Positions 10,376-19,200 of a DNA stretch of 25,903 bases are shown here, piece after piece. This DNA comes from a virus. Its lineage: Duplodnaviria > Caudoviricetes. Below the pieces are notes generated by a model. It was not told the origin of the DNA. It saw only the letters and a list, made by a program, of their open reading frames with translations, and made no database searches. The translations under genes were made by a program, and so were the position numbers. The stretch lies in IMG/VR virus record IMGVR_UViG_3300037755_001018, positions 1-25,903 of that record. One strand, given 5' to 3'. Positions within the stretch are counted from its first letter, which is position 1; the number at the start of each line of letters is the position of its first letter.

Positions 10376-11163
10376 TTTTTTAGTTCTTCACCAATCTCCT
10401 TTACTTCATCTGGAGTTAGGCTATATTTACCTTCTCCAATCTCTTCGATATTTTTACGATACCACTTATACAGATAATCTGTTACGTGGTCATCTAACTC
10501 ACCGAATAGATAAAGTTTTGCTTCTATGCTTTCAGAGCCAAGCATCAGATCAGCCGGCTGTTCATCGATATGTGTCAATGCTCTGGCAAGAATCTGAACT
10601 CGATTCTTGTAAGATAATGACAACTTGGTCTCATCTTCACCAGAAAAAAGCGCCTTATACACGTCTCGGCGCTCATTTGTTTTAATTGACTGAAATGTGA
10701 ATTTGACGCCATCAACTTCAACATCATCGCTAATTCGTCCTAATCCAGACAACACCTCAATCCTGCGCTTAGCCTCCGGACTGACTTTGTCAACGAATGA
10801 GCGAGCTTCTTGATGCATGCGCTCAATATCCTGATATGATGGATTCTGAGCAGGCACTTGCCTTCCGCCGTAATATGCAGATGGTCCTGGCTGCGGATAG
10901 TTCATTTGCGGGCCAGCAACCGGGGACCCATATTGCTCCGGATGGTAGTCTTGAGCAAATGTCTCGTTGGTAAACTGCTCTGCCTCTTCTGCACTTAGGG
11001 CCGCCCTCCTACGTGCTCTACGGCGCTGTGGAGGGGCTTCCTGCCGCTCATAACCACCTTCATAGTCTTCTTCTTCATCGACCACGTAAACGGGTCTCTG
11101 ACCGCCTTGAGCGGCTTGCTGTTGTGCCATTTTGTATCTTCCCAATGGGCTATTAATGTCCAT
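10369..11163 (-). CDS. Tail assembly chaperone (G-type), about 264 aa, with low-complexity N-terminus
   Basis: Located between tube and tape measure. C-terminal half (DDVEVDGVKFTFQSIKTNE...QILARALTHID...VTDYLYKWY) is chaperone-like and ends in a slippery site. Start moved from 11187 to 11163 because AAAGAGGT precedes that ATG by about 7 nt. Confidence 0.8.
   Translation of the reverse strand: MDINSPLGRYKMAQQQAAQGGQRPVYVVDEEEDYEGGYERQEAPPQRRRARRRAALSAEEAEQFTNETFAQDYHPEQYGSPVAGPQMNYPQPGPSAYYGGRQVPAQNPSYQDIERMHQEARSFVDKVSPEAKRRIEVLSGLGRISDDVEVDGVKFTFQSIKTNERRDVYKALFSGEDETKLSLSYKNRVQILARALTHIDEQPADLMLGSESIEAKLYLFGELDDHVTDYLYKWYRKNIEEIGEGKYSLTPDEVKEIGEELKKS
10375..10381 (-). other. Slippery heptamer A AAA AAA for programmed -1 ribosomal frameshift
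   Basis: Minus strand reads GAA GAA CTA AAA AAA TCG TAA. This is an X XXY YYZ pattern one codon before the G stop, and the -1 slip joins the downstream ORF in frame. Confidence 0.85.
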
Positions 11164-11230
11164 GTAATTACCTCTTTCGCATGCCAAGCGGGCCTAAATG
11201 CCCGAAATGTACACACACGTATATAACTGA

Positions 11231-12082
11231 TTATAAGCTAACAATTTTCATTACCGTTTTTCTGCTCATACCATATTTCTTAGCCACCTTGCGTGACGAC
11301 TGCAAAACATGGTAATCTTCTAAAATTTCCATCTTCCTTTTAATAGACATATCGTCTGCGCATTTCTTTCTCATTTCAATACCCAGCCGATTAAGCAAGC
11401 TAATTATAGTAGTTCTGGCACAACTATACATTTTACCAAGTTGCGTTGTATTAAGCTTTTCTTCTACATATAAACGAACAATTTTGTCTTCAGGCAAGTC
11501 AAGCTTGTTATGTGCTTTTTGACCCTTTTTAAATTCCGTTTCTGGAGAATATCTTTTTCCCTTGGAATGCACAGGATTTCCAAGAATTTCAACGCCATGA
11601 CGTTGTAACATCTTGTGAATTGTTGATTGGTTACAACTGTAATCTTCAGCTAGCTGTGTGATAGTAAGAACTTCGTTTGTATATCTGGAACAAATCTCTT
11701 TCTCTTGTTCGTCTGTAAACAGACGATTAGGAGCTGGTTTGCCGTAATTGGGATGATCAGGACCGCACCCGGGAGAATCTCCGCCGGGGCTTAAATTATA
11801 ACCCAAGGTAGGGTTTCGACTTCCAAAGAACGATATCCAAAAACACTCGGCATCATTTGCTTCAGATTGCGCCTCATGCATTTCTATTATTTGAAAATCA
11901 AAATTGTTAACACCATGCTTGGCCATTGCGCGACTTATATAGATTGTGCTAGAACCGATTATTCCTCTAGCAAATCGTTTGGCACAATTCTGATGTTGGC
12001 GCCACCTTATGTTCGGAGATGTTGTTTGGCCAACATATATTTTTAAGCTTTTAGTGTTTTGTATAACATAAATGTAGTGCAT
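11231..12082 (-). CDS. Free-standing GIY-YIG homing endonuclease with C-terminal NUMOD-like motifs and three HTH-like repeats, 283 aa
   Basis: YIY(x10)YVG motif, conserved Arg (RWRQH), Glu (AECFWI) and Asn (GYNLSPGG). HPNYGK and TEFKKG motifs follow. Three HTH-like units: TITQLAEDYSCNQSTIHKML, NTTQLGKMYSCARTTIISLL and SSRKVAKKYGMSRKTVMKIV. Confidence 0.9.
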   Translation of the reverse strand: MHYIYVIQNTKSLKIYVGQTTSPNIRWRQHQNCAKRFARGIIGSSTIYISRAMAKHGVNNFDFQIIEMHEAQSEANDAECFWISFFGSRNPTLGYNLSPGGDSPGCGPDHPNYGKPAPNRLFTDEQEKEICSRYTNEVLTITQLAEDYSCNQSTIHKMLQRHGVEILGNPVHSKGKRYSPETEFKKGQKAHNKLDLPEDKIVRLYVEEKLNTTQLGKMYSCARTTIISLLNRLGIEMRKKCADDMSIKRKMEILEDYHVLQSSRKVAKKYGMSRKTVMKIVSL

Positions 12083-12107
12083 ACTTATCTATATAACACT
12101 ACATTTA
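12069..12107 (-). promoter_or_regulatory. 11-bp inverted repeat covering the endonuclease translation start
   Basis: mRNA sense: TAAATGTAGTG-ttatatagataagtATG-CACTACATTTA. The ATG (12082-12080) abuts the 3' arm, which is codons 2-5. Confidence 0.7.
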
Positions 12108-12116
12108 CGTCTATAA

Positions 12117-12740
12117 CTATGCGGAATCACTCAAAAATGCATCTAAAACGCCGGCCGCGTCCATTGCGCCACGGAATTCGCCTCTATCTGCTTGGCGCTC
12201 GAATGGGTTGATGAAGATTGGTTCGCCTCTAGCGTTAACCTGACCAACAACGTTGTTATTACCGCTAAATACGCTGAAGATATCCTCTGCCATCAAATTC
12301 ATATTATCTGTGATTAGGAAGTTTTCAGCCTGGAATTGGTAGTTAATCTCTTCGATCCAGCAATTTTGTATAGTGGTAACAATTGCGTTACCCGGGTCTG
12401 CATCATGAAATCTATCGTGAATTTCAATATCGAATGGGATACGTTGTGATTTGGCGTGTATGAAACCTCTGCCAAAAGCCTCAGCAATTCTCATTCGGTT
12501 AAAACGTATACGGCTACATTGGATTGCGTAGTCTGTTGACTTGGTTGGCGCGGAGTCAATATGACCATCCGTACCAATCTCATCTACAGGGGTTACTTGT
12601 CTACGTTCCGATACGTTAAGAGTTTGGATCGCACCGATAGGATTACCGTTAACGATAATAACGATATTCGTTGATAGATGAGAGGCAGTTCGATTATTGC
12701 CTTCTGCGTCAAATAAAACAGTGCCTGTGTTTCTTGGCAT
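12117..12740 (-). CDS. Tail tube protein, 207 aa
   Basis: Directly after the sheath. Tube-like pattern IGAIQTLNVSERRQVTPVDEIG...IPFDIEIHD...TTIQNCWIEEINYQFQAENFLITDNMNLMAEDI. Confidence 0.85.
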   Translation of the reverse strand: MPRNTGTVLFDAEGNNRTASHLSTNIVIIVNGNPIGAIQTLNVSERRQVTPVDEIGTDGHIDSAPTKSTDYAIQCSRIRFNRMRIAEAFGRGFIHAKSQRIPFDIEIHDRFHDADPGNAIVTTIQNCWIEEINYQFQAENFLITDNMNLMAEDIFSVFSGNNNVVGQVNARGEPIFINPFERQADRGEFRGAMDAAGVLDAFLSDSA

Positions 12741-12771
12741 ACGTGGTTCCCATTGCTAGATTGTAATTGTA

Positions 12772-12834
12772 TACTTAATTATCACCATGAAAACCAATAA
12801 TGGTTTTAATCAAGCGTATTACTTAATTGGTGAT
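12772..12834 (-). promoter_or_regulatory. Structured sheath-tube intergenic region with nested inverted repeats and candidate late-promoter motif
   Basis: ATCACCA (12781-12787)/TGGTGAT (12828-12834) encloses AAAACCA (12790-12796)/TGGTTTT (12801-12807). TACTTAATT is repeated at 12772 and 12820. Minus-strand TAAGTAATA lies at 12817-12825. Confidence 0.4.
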
Positions 12835-12843
12835 TTAACTTGT

Positions 12844-15315
12844 TTATCCGCCGAGAGTGCCCACACCCACCCGGATGTAGATCCAGTTCACTGGGAATAC
12901 CGGCTGTACATTGACAGTTATATTCCATTGCCTTGGCTCCACACCATCACGCTTAATTCTCAAGTCCTGGAATTGAGTAATCAATCGCTGCGTAATGAAG
13001 CTATGCAGAACCTTGTTCGCAACAGCGGTTAATGATCCTTGTGTAGTTGGAGTCTCTGCGGTTCCGATAAAGCCTCGGAATGCAAGCCTAATGCTCTTTG
13101 CAATCCGGTCTCGGATGAATACAACGCTGATTTCCTCTTCCTCTGGGAAGAAGGAAGCAACGGTTGTCTTGCCCCAGATAACTCGTCCGCCTCCGATTGC
13201 TGGCTGAACAACTGTGATACCTGCTGCTGCCAAGTTCTCAATCGTAAGTGGTCTAAAGAGCTTATCGCGAAGGATGGTAAAGCCTGCGAGAGTTCTGTTA
13301 GTCAGCGGAGTGCCAACATATGGGATTCCGGATAGCAAGCCTGCCGCTGCAGCTGCCATATAGAATCCGTCAATGATCGCTCGATCTGCGCCAACCTGGG
13401 CAACAATTTGATCTGGGTAGAAGAACACAACACGGAATGTGTCTCCAAATGAGTTTTGCACACCATAGTTAGTTTGGTCTTCAATGTTTCCAGCAAGGAT
13501 CTCAGATACATCATCGCCCTGGATACCTTCCAAGACTCCAATATCTTCTACCGCTGCTAGCTCGCTACCAATAACGTTCTCTGGGCTTAGTCCGTTGATT
13601 GCTCCGATGAATAGCATTCTCTCACGACGATTCTTGATGTTGGACATGGTCTCAACATGGATACGTGCATTCTGAAATACTGCGCTAATTGTTTGCCTTG
13701 GAAGAGGCACAACAATATCGCATTCGATCTTCTCAAGAGCCTCAAGTGCGTTCAACCAGCCTGCATCGAAGAAGTCTGCATCCCTAGTGTCAACAACAGT
13801 TGCACGCAATGTCTCTCCAGCACCAAGTGCCAAATCATCCGTGAATAGAATCTTAGCACTTTGATCTGACGAATCAATAACCTGGAACTCGACACCGGAC
13901 TCTGTAGTGAATCCGCCAGGGTTAGAGATGATCATTACTCCGTCAACTACACTAACAATAGTGAACTCTCCGGCATTCACAGCTGGCTCTAAAACCTTTA
14001 ACGACTTAGTTAGACCAACATCGCTCGTGTCGAAGGTAAAAGTGTCACTTGCTATGGTCGCTGTGGTTGCCGTAACAGGTGTAATCTCACCATCATCGCC
14101 ATCTCGTAGAACCGCATCTTCCAGGATAACAGTGTAAGAGAAAGTGAATCCTGATCCAAGGTGAAATAGTAGAGGAGATGCAGTTATGGTTGGATCATAA
14201 AACGTAGACTTGTTAGGAATTATCTGTTGTTCTGCTCCAGTAACCGGATCAGTCACAAAAAAGTTGATGTTAGCATCAACATCGGGTGTTATTCCCACAG
14301 GCAAAGCAAACTGCAAATCATCAACATCAGTTCCGCCAGATGCAGACTCTTCTAGAACGTAAGATACGCGCCTTGGAACTGATGGGGCGGCCTGAACAGC
14401 AAAGACGCCCGGGGGCCCATTTGCAAATGCAAGCTGAGCGCCAAGAGACAAGGTATTTGCCAATGTAGCGGCTCCGTGCTTTGCTTGAAGCGCATCCAAA
14501 TCATTGAAGAACTCAGGATCGTTTAGATCGATTATTCCAATGTACGTTGCTGTCAAAGAATCTCCCGCGATAAGTGCGCCACTCTTTACACGGATTGTGA
14601 AGAAGTCACCCTCCTGGAATGGAGTAGCGCCTTCAGTAATTGCGAACTGCAAAATACCATTGCTTACGGTGACGCCGTCAGAAGTCCAAGTAACGGCATT
14701 TCCATAGCCATCAAGCAGAACTCCGCTGACAGATCCCTGAACAACAAACCTTGCATATCCGTCAATTGGATTACCGTATCCATCACGTCTTACAGTTGAA
14801 CAACGAACTGTCCAAGTCTCAGTTGGCGCATTAGGGTCAACTAGGGTAAGCCCGGTAATCGTACCATTGCCAACATTGGTCGTTCCAGTCGTAAAGAAAT
14901 CACCACCTTGATCAACAAGAGCTGCAGTCTGCAGTTCAATGCTGCCAGTCAGGGTGTCATATCGGTATTCATAACGGGAGCTAAACGTTGGAGAACCGGT
15001 AAGCTGAAAATTATCTGACTCAAGGCCAACAAGAGGTACACCATTTTTGAAAAGGGTTAGTCGGTTTGATTGAATTGGAGCTGTGCTCAACCGGAAATGT
15101 CTTCCATCGCTACCTGACGTGCTTGTATAGGCATCATTCAACCCATCATTGCCGCCTCCAACTGCGCTGGCCACAAGCGTTTCTCGCCTTGCACCCTCTC
15201 CAATAAGAGTGGCTAGCCTCAACCCTCCCGGTACCGAAACGCCGCTTGGTAGTGTTTCAACTAAGCTATATACGTCGGGTACTGCGTTAGTACTGCCTGG
15301 AAAATTAGCTCCCAT
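12844..15315 (-). CDS. Contractile tail sheath protein, 823 aa
   Basis: N-terminal PDVYSLVE arm and WLNALEALEKIECDIVVPL. C-terminal sheath core: PLTNRTLAG, ENLAAAGITVV...GGRVIWGKTT, EISVVFIRDRIAKSIR...FIG, and VNVQPVFPVNWIYIRV. SD-like GAGGA upstream. Confidence 0.92.
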   Translation of the reverse strand: MGANFPGSTNAVPDVYSLVETLPSGVSVPGGLRLATLIGEGARRETLVASAVGGGNDGLNDAYTSTSGSDGRHFRLSTAPIQSNRLTLFKNGVPLVGLESDNFQLTGSPTFSSRYEYRYDTLTGSIELQTAALVDQGGDFFTTGTTNVGNGTITGLTLVDPNAPTETWTVRCSTVRRDGYGNPIDGYARFVVQGSVSGVLLDGYGNAVTWTSDGVTVSNGILQFAITEGATPFQEGDFFTIRVKSGALIAGDSLTATYIGIIDLNDPEFFNDLDALQAKHGAATLANTLSLGAQLAFANGPPGVFAVQAAPSVPRRVSYVLEESASGGTDVDDLQFALPVGITPDVDANINFFVTDPVTGAEQQIIPNKSTFYDPTITASPLLFHLGSGFTFSYTVILEDAVLRDGDDGEITPVTATTATIASDTFTFDTSDVGLTKSLKVLEPAVNAGEFTIVSVVDGVMIISNPGGFTTESGVEFQVIDSSDQSAKILFTDDLALGAGETLRATVVDTRDADFFDAGWLNALEALEKIECDIVVPLPRQTISAVFQNARIHVETMSNIKNRRERMLFIGAINGLSPENVIGSELAAVEDIGVLEGIQGDDVSEILAGNIEDQTNYGVQNSFGDTFRVVFFYPDQIVAQVGADRAIIDGFYMAAAAAGLLSGIPYVGTPLTNRTLAGFTILRDKLFRPLTIENLAAAGITVVQPAIGGGRVIWGKTTVASFFPEEEEISVVFIRDRIAKSIRLAFRGFIGTAETPTTQGSLTAVANKVLHSFITQRLITQFQDLRIKRDGVEPRQWNITVNVQPVFPVNWIYIRVGVGTLGG

Positions 15316-15370
15316 GAATATTCCTCTTGTTCCTTAAGAAAGTGACTAAACCTTCGATAAGATGTTAGAT

Positions 15371-15379
15371 TATTACTTA
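15371..15379 (-). promoter_or_regulatory. Candidate late promoter motif TAAGTAATA upstream of sheath
   Basis: An identical 9-mer occurs upstream of the tube gene (12817-12825). Both copies are intergenic and on the coding strand. Confidence 0.35.
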
Positions 15380-15420
15380 CACGATCTTACCTATTTACTA
15401 TACTTTACTATGCCTGGAAC

Positions 15421-16215
15421 TTAGGAAGTATCCACGAGGACATCCAAAAGATCAACCCGTGAATTTATTCGAAGATTCGGGGCCAAAGCCGGAGGTTGAA
15501 CTTCCAAATTACCGAGATCTACACATATATTGATAGCATCAATAGTACTACTTACTGGAGTATGTCTGTGCCATTCCGACCTAATATCACAAGTTACCGT
15601 AACCTTAAACAATTTGTCAGTTCGGTCATCTACCTCAGATGGCGTACCTATACTGGCTCCCTTAACGAAAACGCCGGCATTCTGAAGCTCCCATCTTCTA
15701 GTATCTGCGAAGAAAAGAGCAATAATTTCAGAAAGCTCATCGCGCGACCTATGGTCACGAGTTTCTATATCAATATTTAAGGATCCCTCCCAGGCACCGG
15801 CGTTGAAAATATAGCTGGGCATGGTAACAAACCGCTCATTGCCATAACCATCAATAAACCTGGTTACCTCATTTTGCACAACATCGCGGTTGTTATTGAA
15901 CGAAATCGGCTGAAACCTAGTTCCGCCTGAGCGAACTAAAATGGCCGGATAATAGATTACATCATAGCGATAAGGCTCTCCAATAAATAGACGTGTCGTC
16001 ACGTCATCTTCGATTCCTGCATCTAGGTCAACGCCTGTCAGATCTGGAGTTAAAGGAAATCCCCACTCATCCTTAACGTAGTGATAGTAAGATCCTTCAG
16101 CAAAGAAGTTTCTAAGCGCCTCGATAGCAATTTCCTTAGGATGTGTTATGCATGTATTCTGAATGTAATGATGGATAGCATACAAATCAGTTCTAAATGT
16201 ATTGGCAGTTCCCAT
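15421..16215 (-). CDS. Probable tail terminator/tail completion protein, 264 aa
   Basis: Immediately upstream of the sheath. YPAILV ... LNIDIETRDHRSRDELSEII ... FKVTVTCDI pattern resembles the tail-terminator fold. Confidence 0.55.
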   Translation of the reverse strand: MGTANTFRTDLYAIHHYIQNTCITHPKEIAIEALRNFFAEGSYYHYVKDEWGFPLTPDLTGVDLDAGIEDDVTTRLFIGEPYRYDVIYYPAILVRSGGTRFQPISFNNNRDVVQNEVTRFIDGYGNERFVTMPSYIFNAGAWEGSLNIDIETRDHRSRDELSEIIALFFADTRRWELQNAGVFVKGASIGTPSEVDDRTDKLFKVTVTCDIRSEWHRHTPVSSTIDAINICVDLGNLEVQPPALAPNLRINSRVDLLDVLVDTS

Positions 16216-16218
16216 ACT

Positions 16219-19200
16219 TTACCACCGATATTTAATTTTAAACTCAGTAATAATAACATCCATCTGGTTCGTAGCGTGTCTTAGGAGCATATCCATTCTG
16301 ACCTGAATTCCATCAATAGAATTAAATATATTGGTAAAATCACCAGGATCTGAAAGTGTATGAGTAACTATGGCGGAGGTAACAACTCCAGTACCAGGGG
16401 TGCTTGATGCCAATACACCAGAAACTCGCGAAGCTATTTCAATAAATAAATCATTATCATCTGCCGTATCACAATCAGCACTGCCATCAGTAGTTATTGA
16501 TATTTCAAGTATTTTGACATCAGCAGGTATTGCTGATCTGCCATCAATTAACCAGCCATATCTAACACTATTTCCGGCATTACCAACATCATATGTAAAA
16601 GTGCCAAGTTGTAATGTAGTAAATGGAAACGCATGCTGATAATTTGCGGTTGCAGTGGTAGAATTTCCATCCTGTGGACCCATAAATCCTTGCACTGATA
16701 TATTACCAATTCCATTAGTAATATACTGAACAACTGTTTGATTCTTATTTCTTTCTACAATCCATCCATTATTCGGTGCTGTTGCAACTGGAGATGACCC
16801 AAATCCATTAATAGCCTCGTCATTACTTCCGTCAATGGTAAAGTCATCAAACACGTTTCCGGCACAAATGCCATTAGTAATACCAGATGTAGATAAGAAT
16901 ATGTATCTAGCAATAGATCTGCCTTCTCTATCGATCTTGTTCCCGGTAATCGTTATGTTCCCGCTAGATCCTGTTGGCGTAGATATGCCAACACCAGTAG
17001 TTACTGCAAGTCCCTTTATTATATTTTCTGTTATGGTACCGTGTATATTGTTGAGGTCAATACCAGTATCATAGAAATAATCTGTACTATTATATTTGCC
17101 GGCGGTAATAGTGTTGTGCGAAATAATTGAGTCAGCCTGCCCACTGCCGTTATCGTTAACAACTATAGCTGAATTATTTACTGTGCCCAACGCAAACCAC
17201 TGATCTAAATATACAGAATCATATGCCGTTAATCTATTGTTAGTGATGCTGCTGAGTGCAAAAAAGTCAGGATCGTCGTCGGCCGAACCTACATTAATCC
17301 AGTGCACAAAGTTGTCATGTATACTAAATGGACCTGTAGGATTAGAATCAATCGAATCTATATTATCTACTATAGCTGTGCCCTCATTAACACCACCAAA
17401 GTAATTAGCGATATTTGCAATAATATTTACAGAGTTGAGAGAAATATCTATGCTCTTAGTTCTGGTGGTGCGAGTATCCAATGCTACCGCTGTAGATGTA
17501 GATGTCGTTAAGAATCCAATTACGCCACAAGAATTACCAGCTATTGTTACGTTAACAGCTGCTAAACCGGGTATATTAACAGTATTAGTATCACCAACAC
17601 AGGTTATGTAGATACCTTGGTGGTTATTACACACATTGTTATCTATTCTTGAGTTAATAACTAGTGCTGGTGTGGCACCGGTGGTATTCAACGATATGAT
17701 GGCCACGGCCGCCTGATCCTCGGCCGGATCAACATTAGCATCACTAAACCTATTGTTTAGAATATATAGTTCCTCAACAGTATCAGTACCCTGTCTTTCT
17801 AAAGAAATAAATGGTGGGCGTTGAGTTGTTACTGCAGACAAAAATGTACAATTTTTGATTGTGACATTCTGAACATTAGTGCCATCACCCTGGTAAATAC
17901 AACCATTAGCGCTGTTGATTTTGTCTCCAGTTGTATACGTTGGCGGGCTTGATGGATTATAGTTAAATAGTGCATTTCTTATTGTTAGATTTGCATCAAT
18001 CAAAAATCCCTTGTTGGCCGTTACGTTGAAGATAGCGCCATCACCATCCAAAATGACCGGACTAACAAATCCCGTCAAGTCAATAGTTGTATCAACATCA
18101 AATGTTCCGCGTACATTCACAACCAATGGACTGGATGACGAATACTTATTAACCCAGTTTTTCAGGGCGGTTGAGGTATGGAATGTACCTGCATAATCTT
18201 CTGGAGAAAATACTAGCTCACGCTTTTTTCCGTCAGTCAAGAAACGACGCACATCAGCATTGCTACCTAAAGTAAATGAGGCGATATCTGCCGTTACAAC
18301 ATCGATAGGAACAAGATCCTTACGTGTCTCAACTAGCTCGGCAAATGTGCTTGATACTAGATAGTATGTGTTGGTTGATGTGTTATCTATTGCGTAGAAT
18401 TCTTGCTTGGTTGGTGTAATAACTACAGGAATAAGCTCGCCGGCTTCGTTAACGCAAACAGCCCAATCAATTGAGTCAACAGCATTTGGATTCTCGGCTA
18501 TCTCTGGAATTGTAACCGATTGCCTATTGGTAGTTACTATACGTCCATTGACTAGCGCAACTCCACCCTTGTAGTACAACTCCCTTTCGTCGGAAGTATT
18601 AACCATATCAAACCCAAAACCACGGATAATTCCGTTGTCCTGAGTTGCTCTTGGCACTGCCGTAATGAAGTCTATTGCTGCTTCAGTGAAATCTTCCTCA
18701 TCGATGCTGCCGAACTGCCTGCGGTTAACAACACGTTGTACTATATTCTGTCCGGTTGGAGGATCCCAATTGACCTCAACAGTTCCCAGCAGCATGTTCT
18801 CGTCATGATTCTTTAATGAAGAGAACAGCTCTACATCAACGTATCTTGGTATAATAGTTCCGCCAAGAATATCAGTACTGGCACCGGATGTTGTAGCCTG
18901 TTCCTCAAAAATCAAATCAACGTAATCTACATAGGTTTCATCATAGAAACGCGTTGTAACGTTCTTGCGGCCGGTTGTTACAGGCCCAGTTCTAAATATA
19001 GAGTTTCCACCAGTATCACGCTGTCCAATGTACCCATCATACTCTCCGCTTACAGTATCGTACGATAGAATATAGAATCTTATGTACTTGTTGAACGAAG
19101 ATGAAGAGTCTCGGTAACCACGCAACTTGGATGAAACATCCTGTATATGCCAATCAGTTGTGCCAAGGTTTGAGCCTCCGCCAGACTGAATGATCATGCG

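Larger units (their letters stand above)
11217..12118 (-). mobile_element. Homing endonuclease cassette bounded by imperfect 12-bp direct repeats
   Basis: ACGTATATAACT at 11217-11228 and ACGTCTATAACT at 12107-12118 (11/12 identical) flank the endonuclease. The cassette interrupts the usual tube-chaperone adjacency. Confidence 0.55.

Noticed and set aside
11231-12082. Group I intron or intein hosting the endonuclease
   Set aside because: Flanking genes are intact with their own starts and stops, and the spacers (34 and about 67 nt) are too short for a ribozyme core.
15394-15411. TTTACTAT tandem repeat after the terminator gene
   Set aside because: Only two short AT-rich copies with no other support.
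1-16215. Extracellular contractile injection system (Afp/PVC) or T6SS instead of a phage tail
   Set aside because: The module has a G/GT frameshift chaperone, a homing endonuclease, a holin-like gene and a single sheath and tube. No Afp15-like AAA+ ATPase, effector or membrane complex gene is visible. A tailocin cannot be formally excluded because no capsid gene is in the window.
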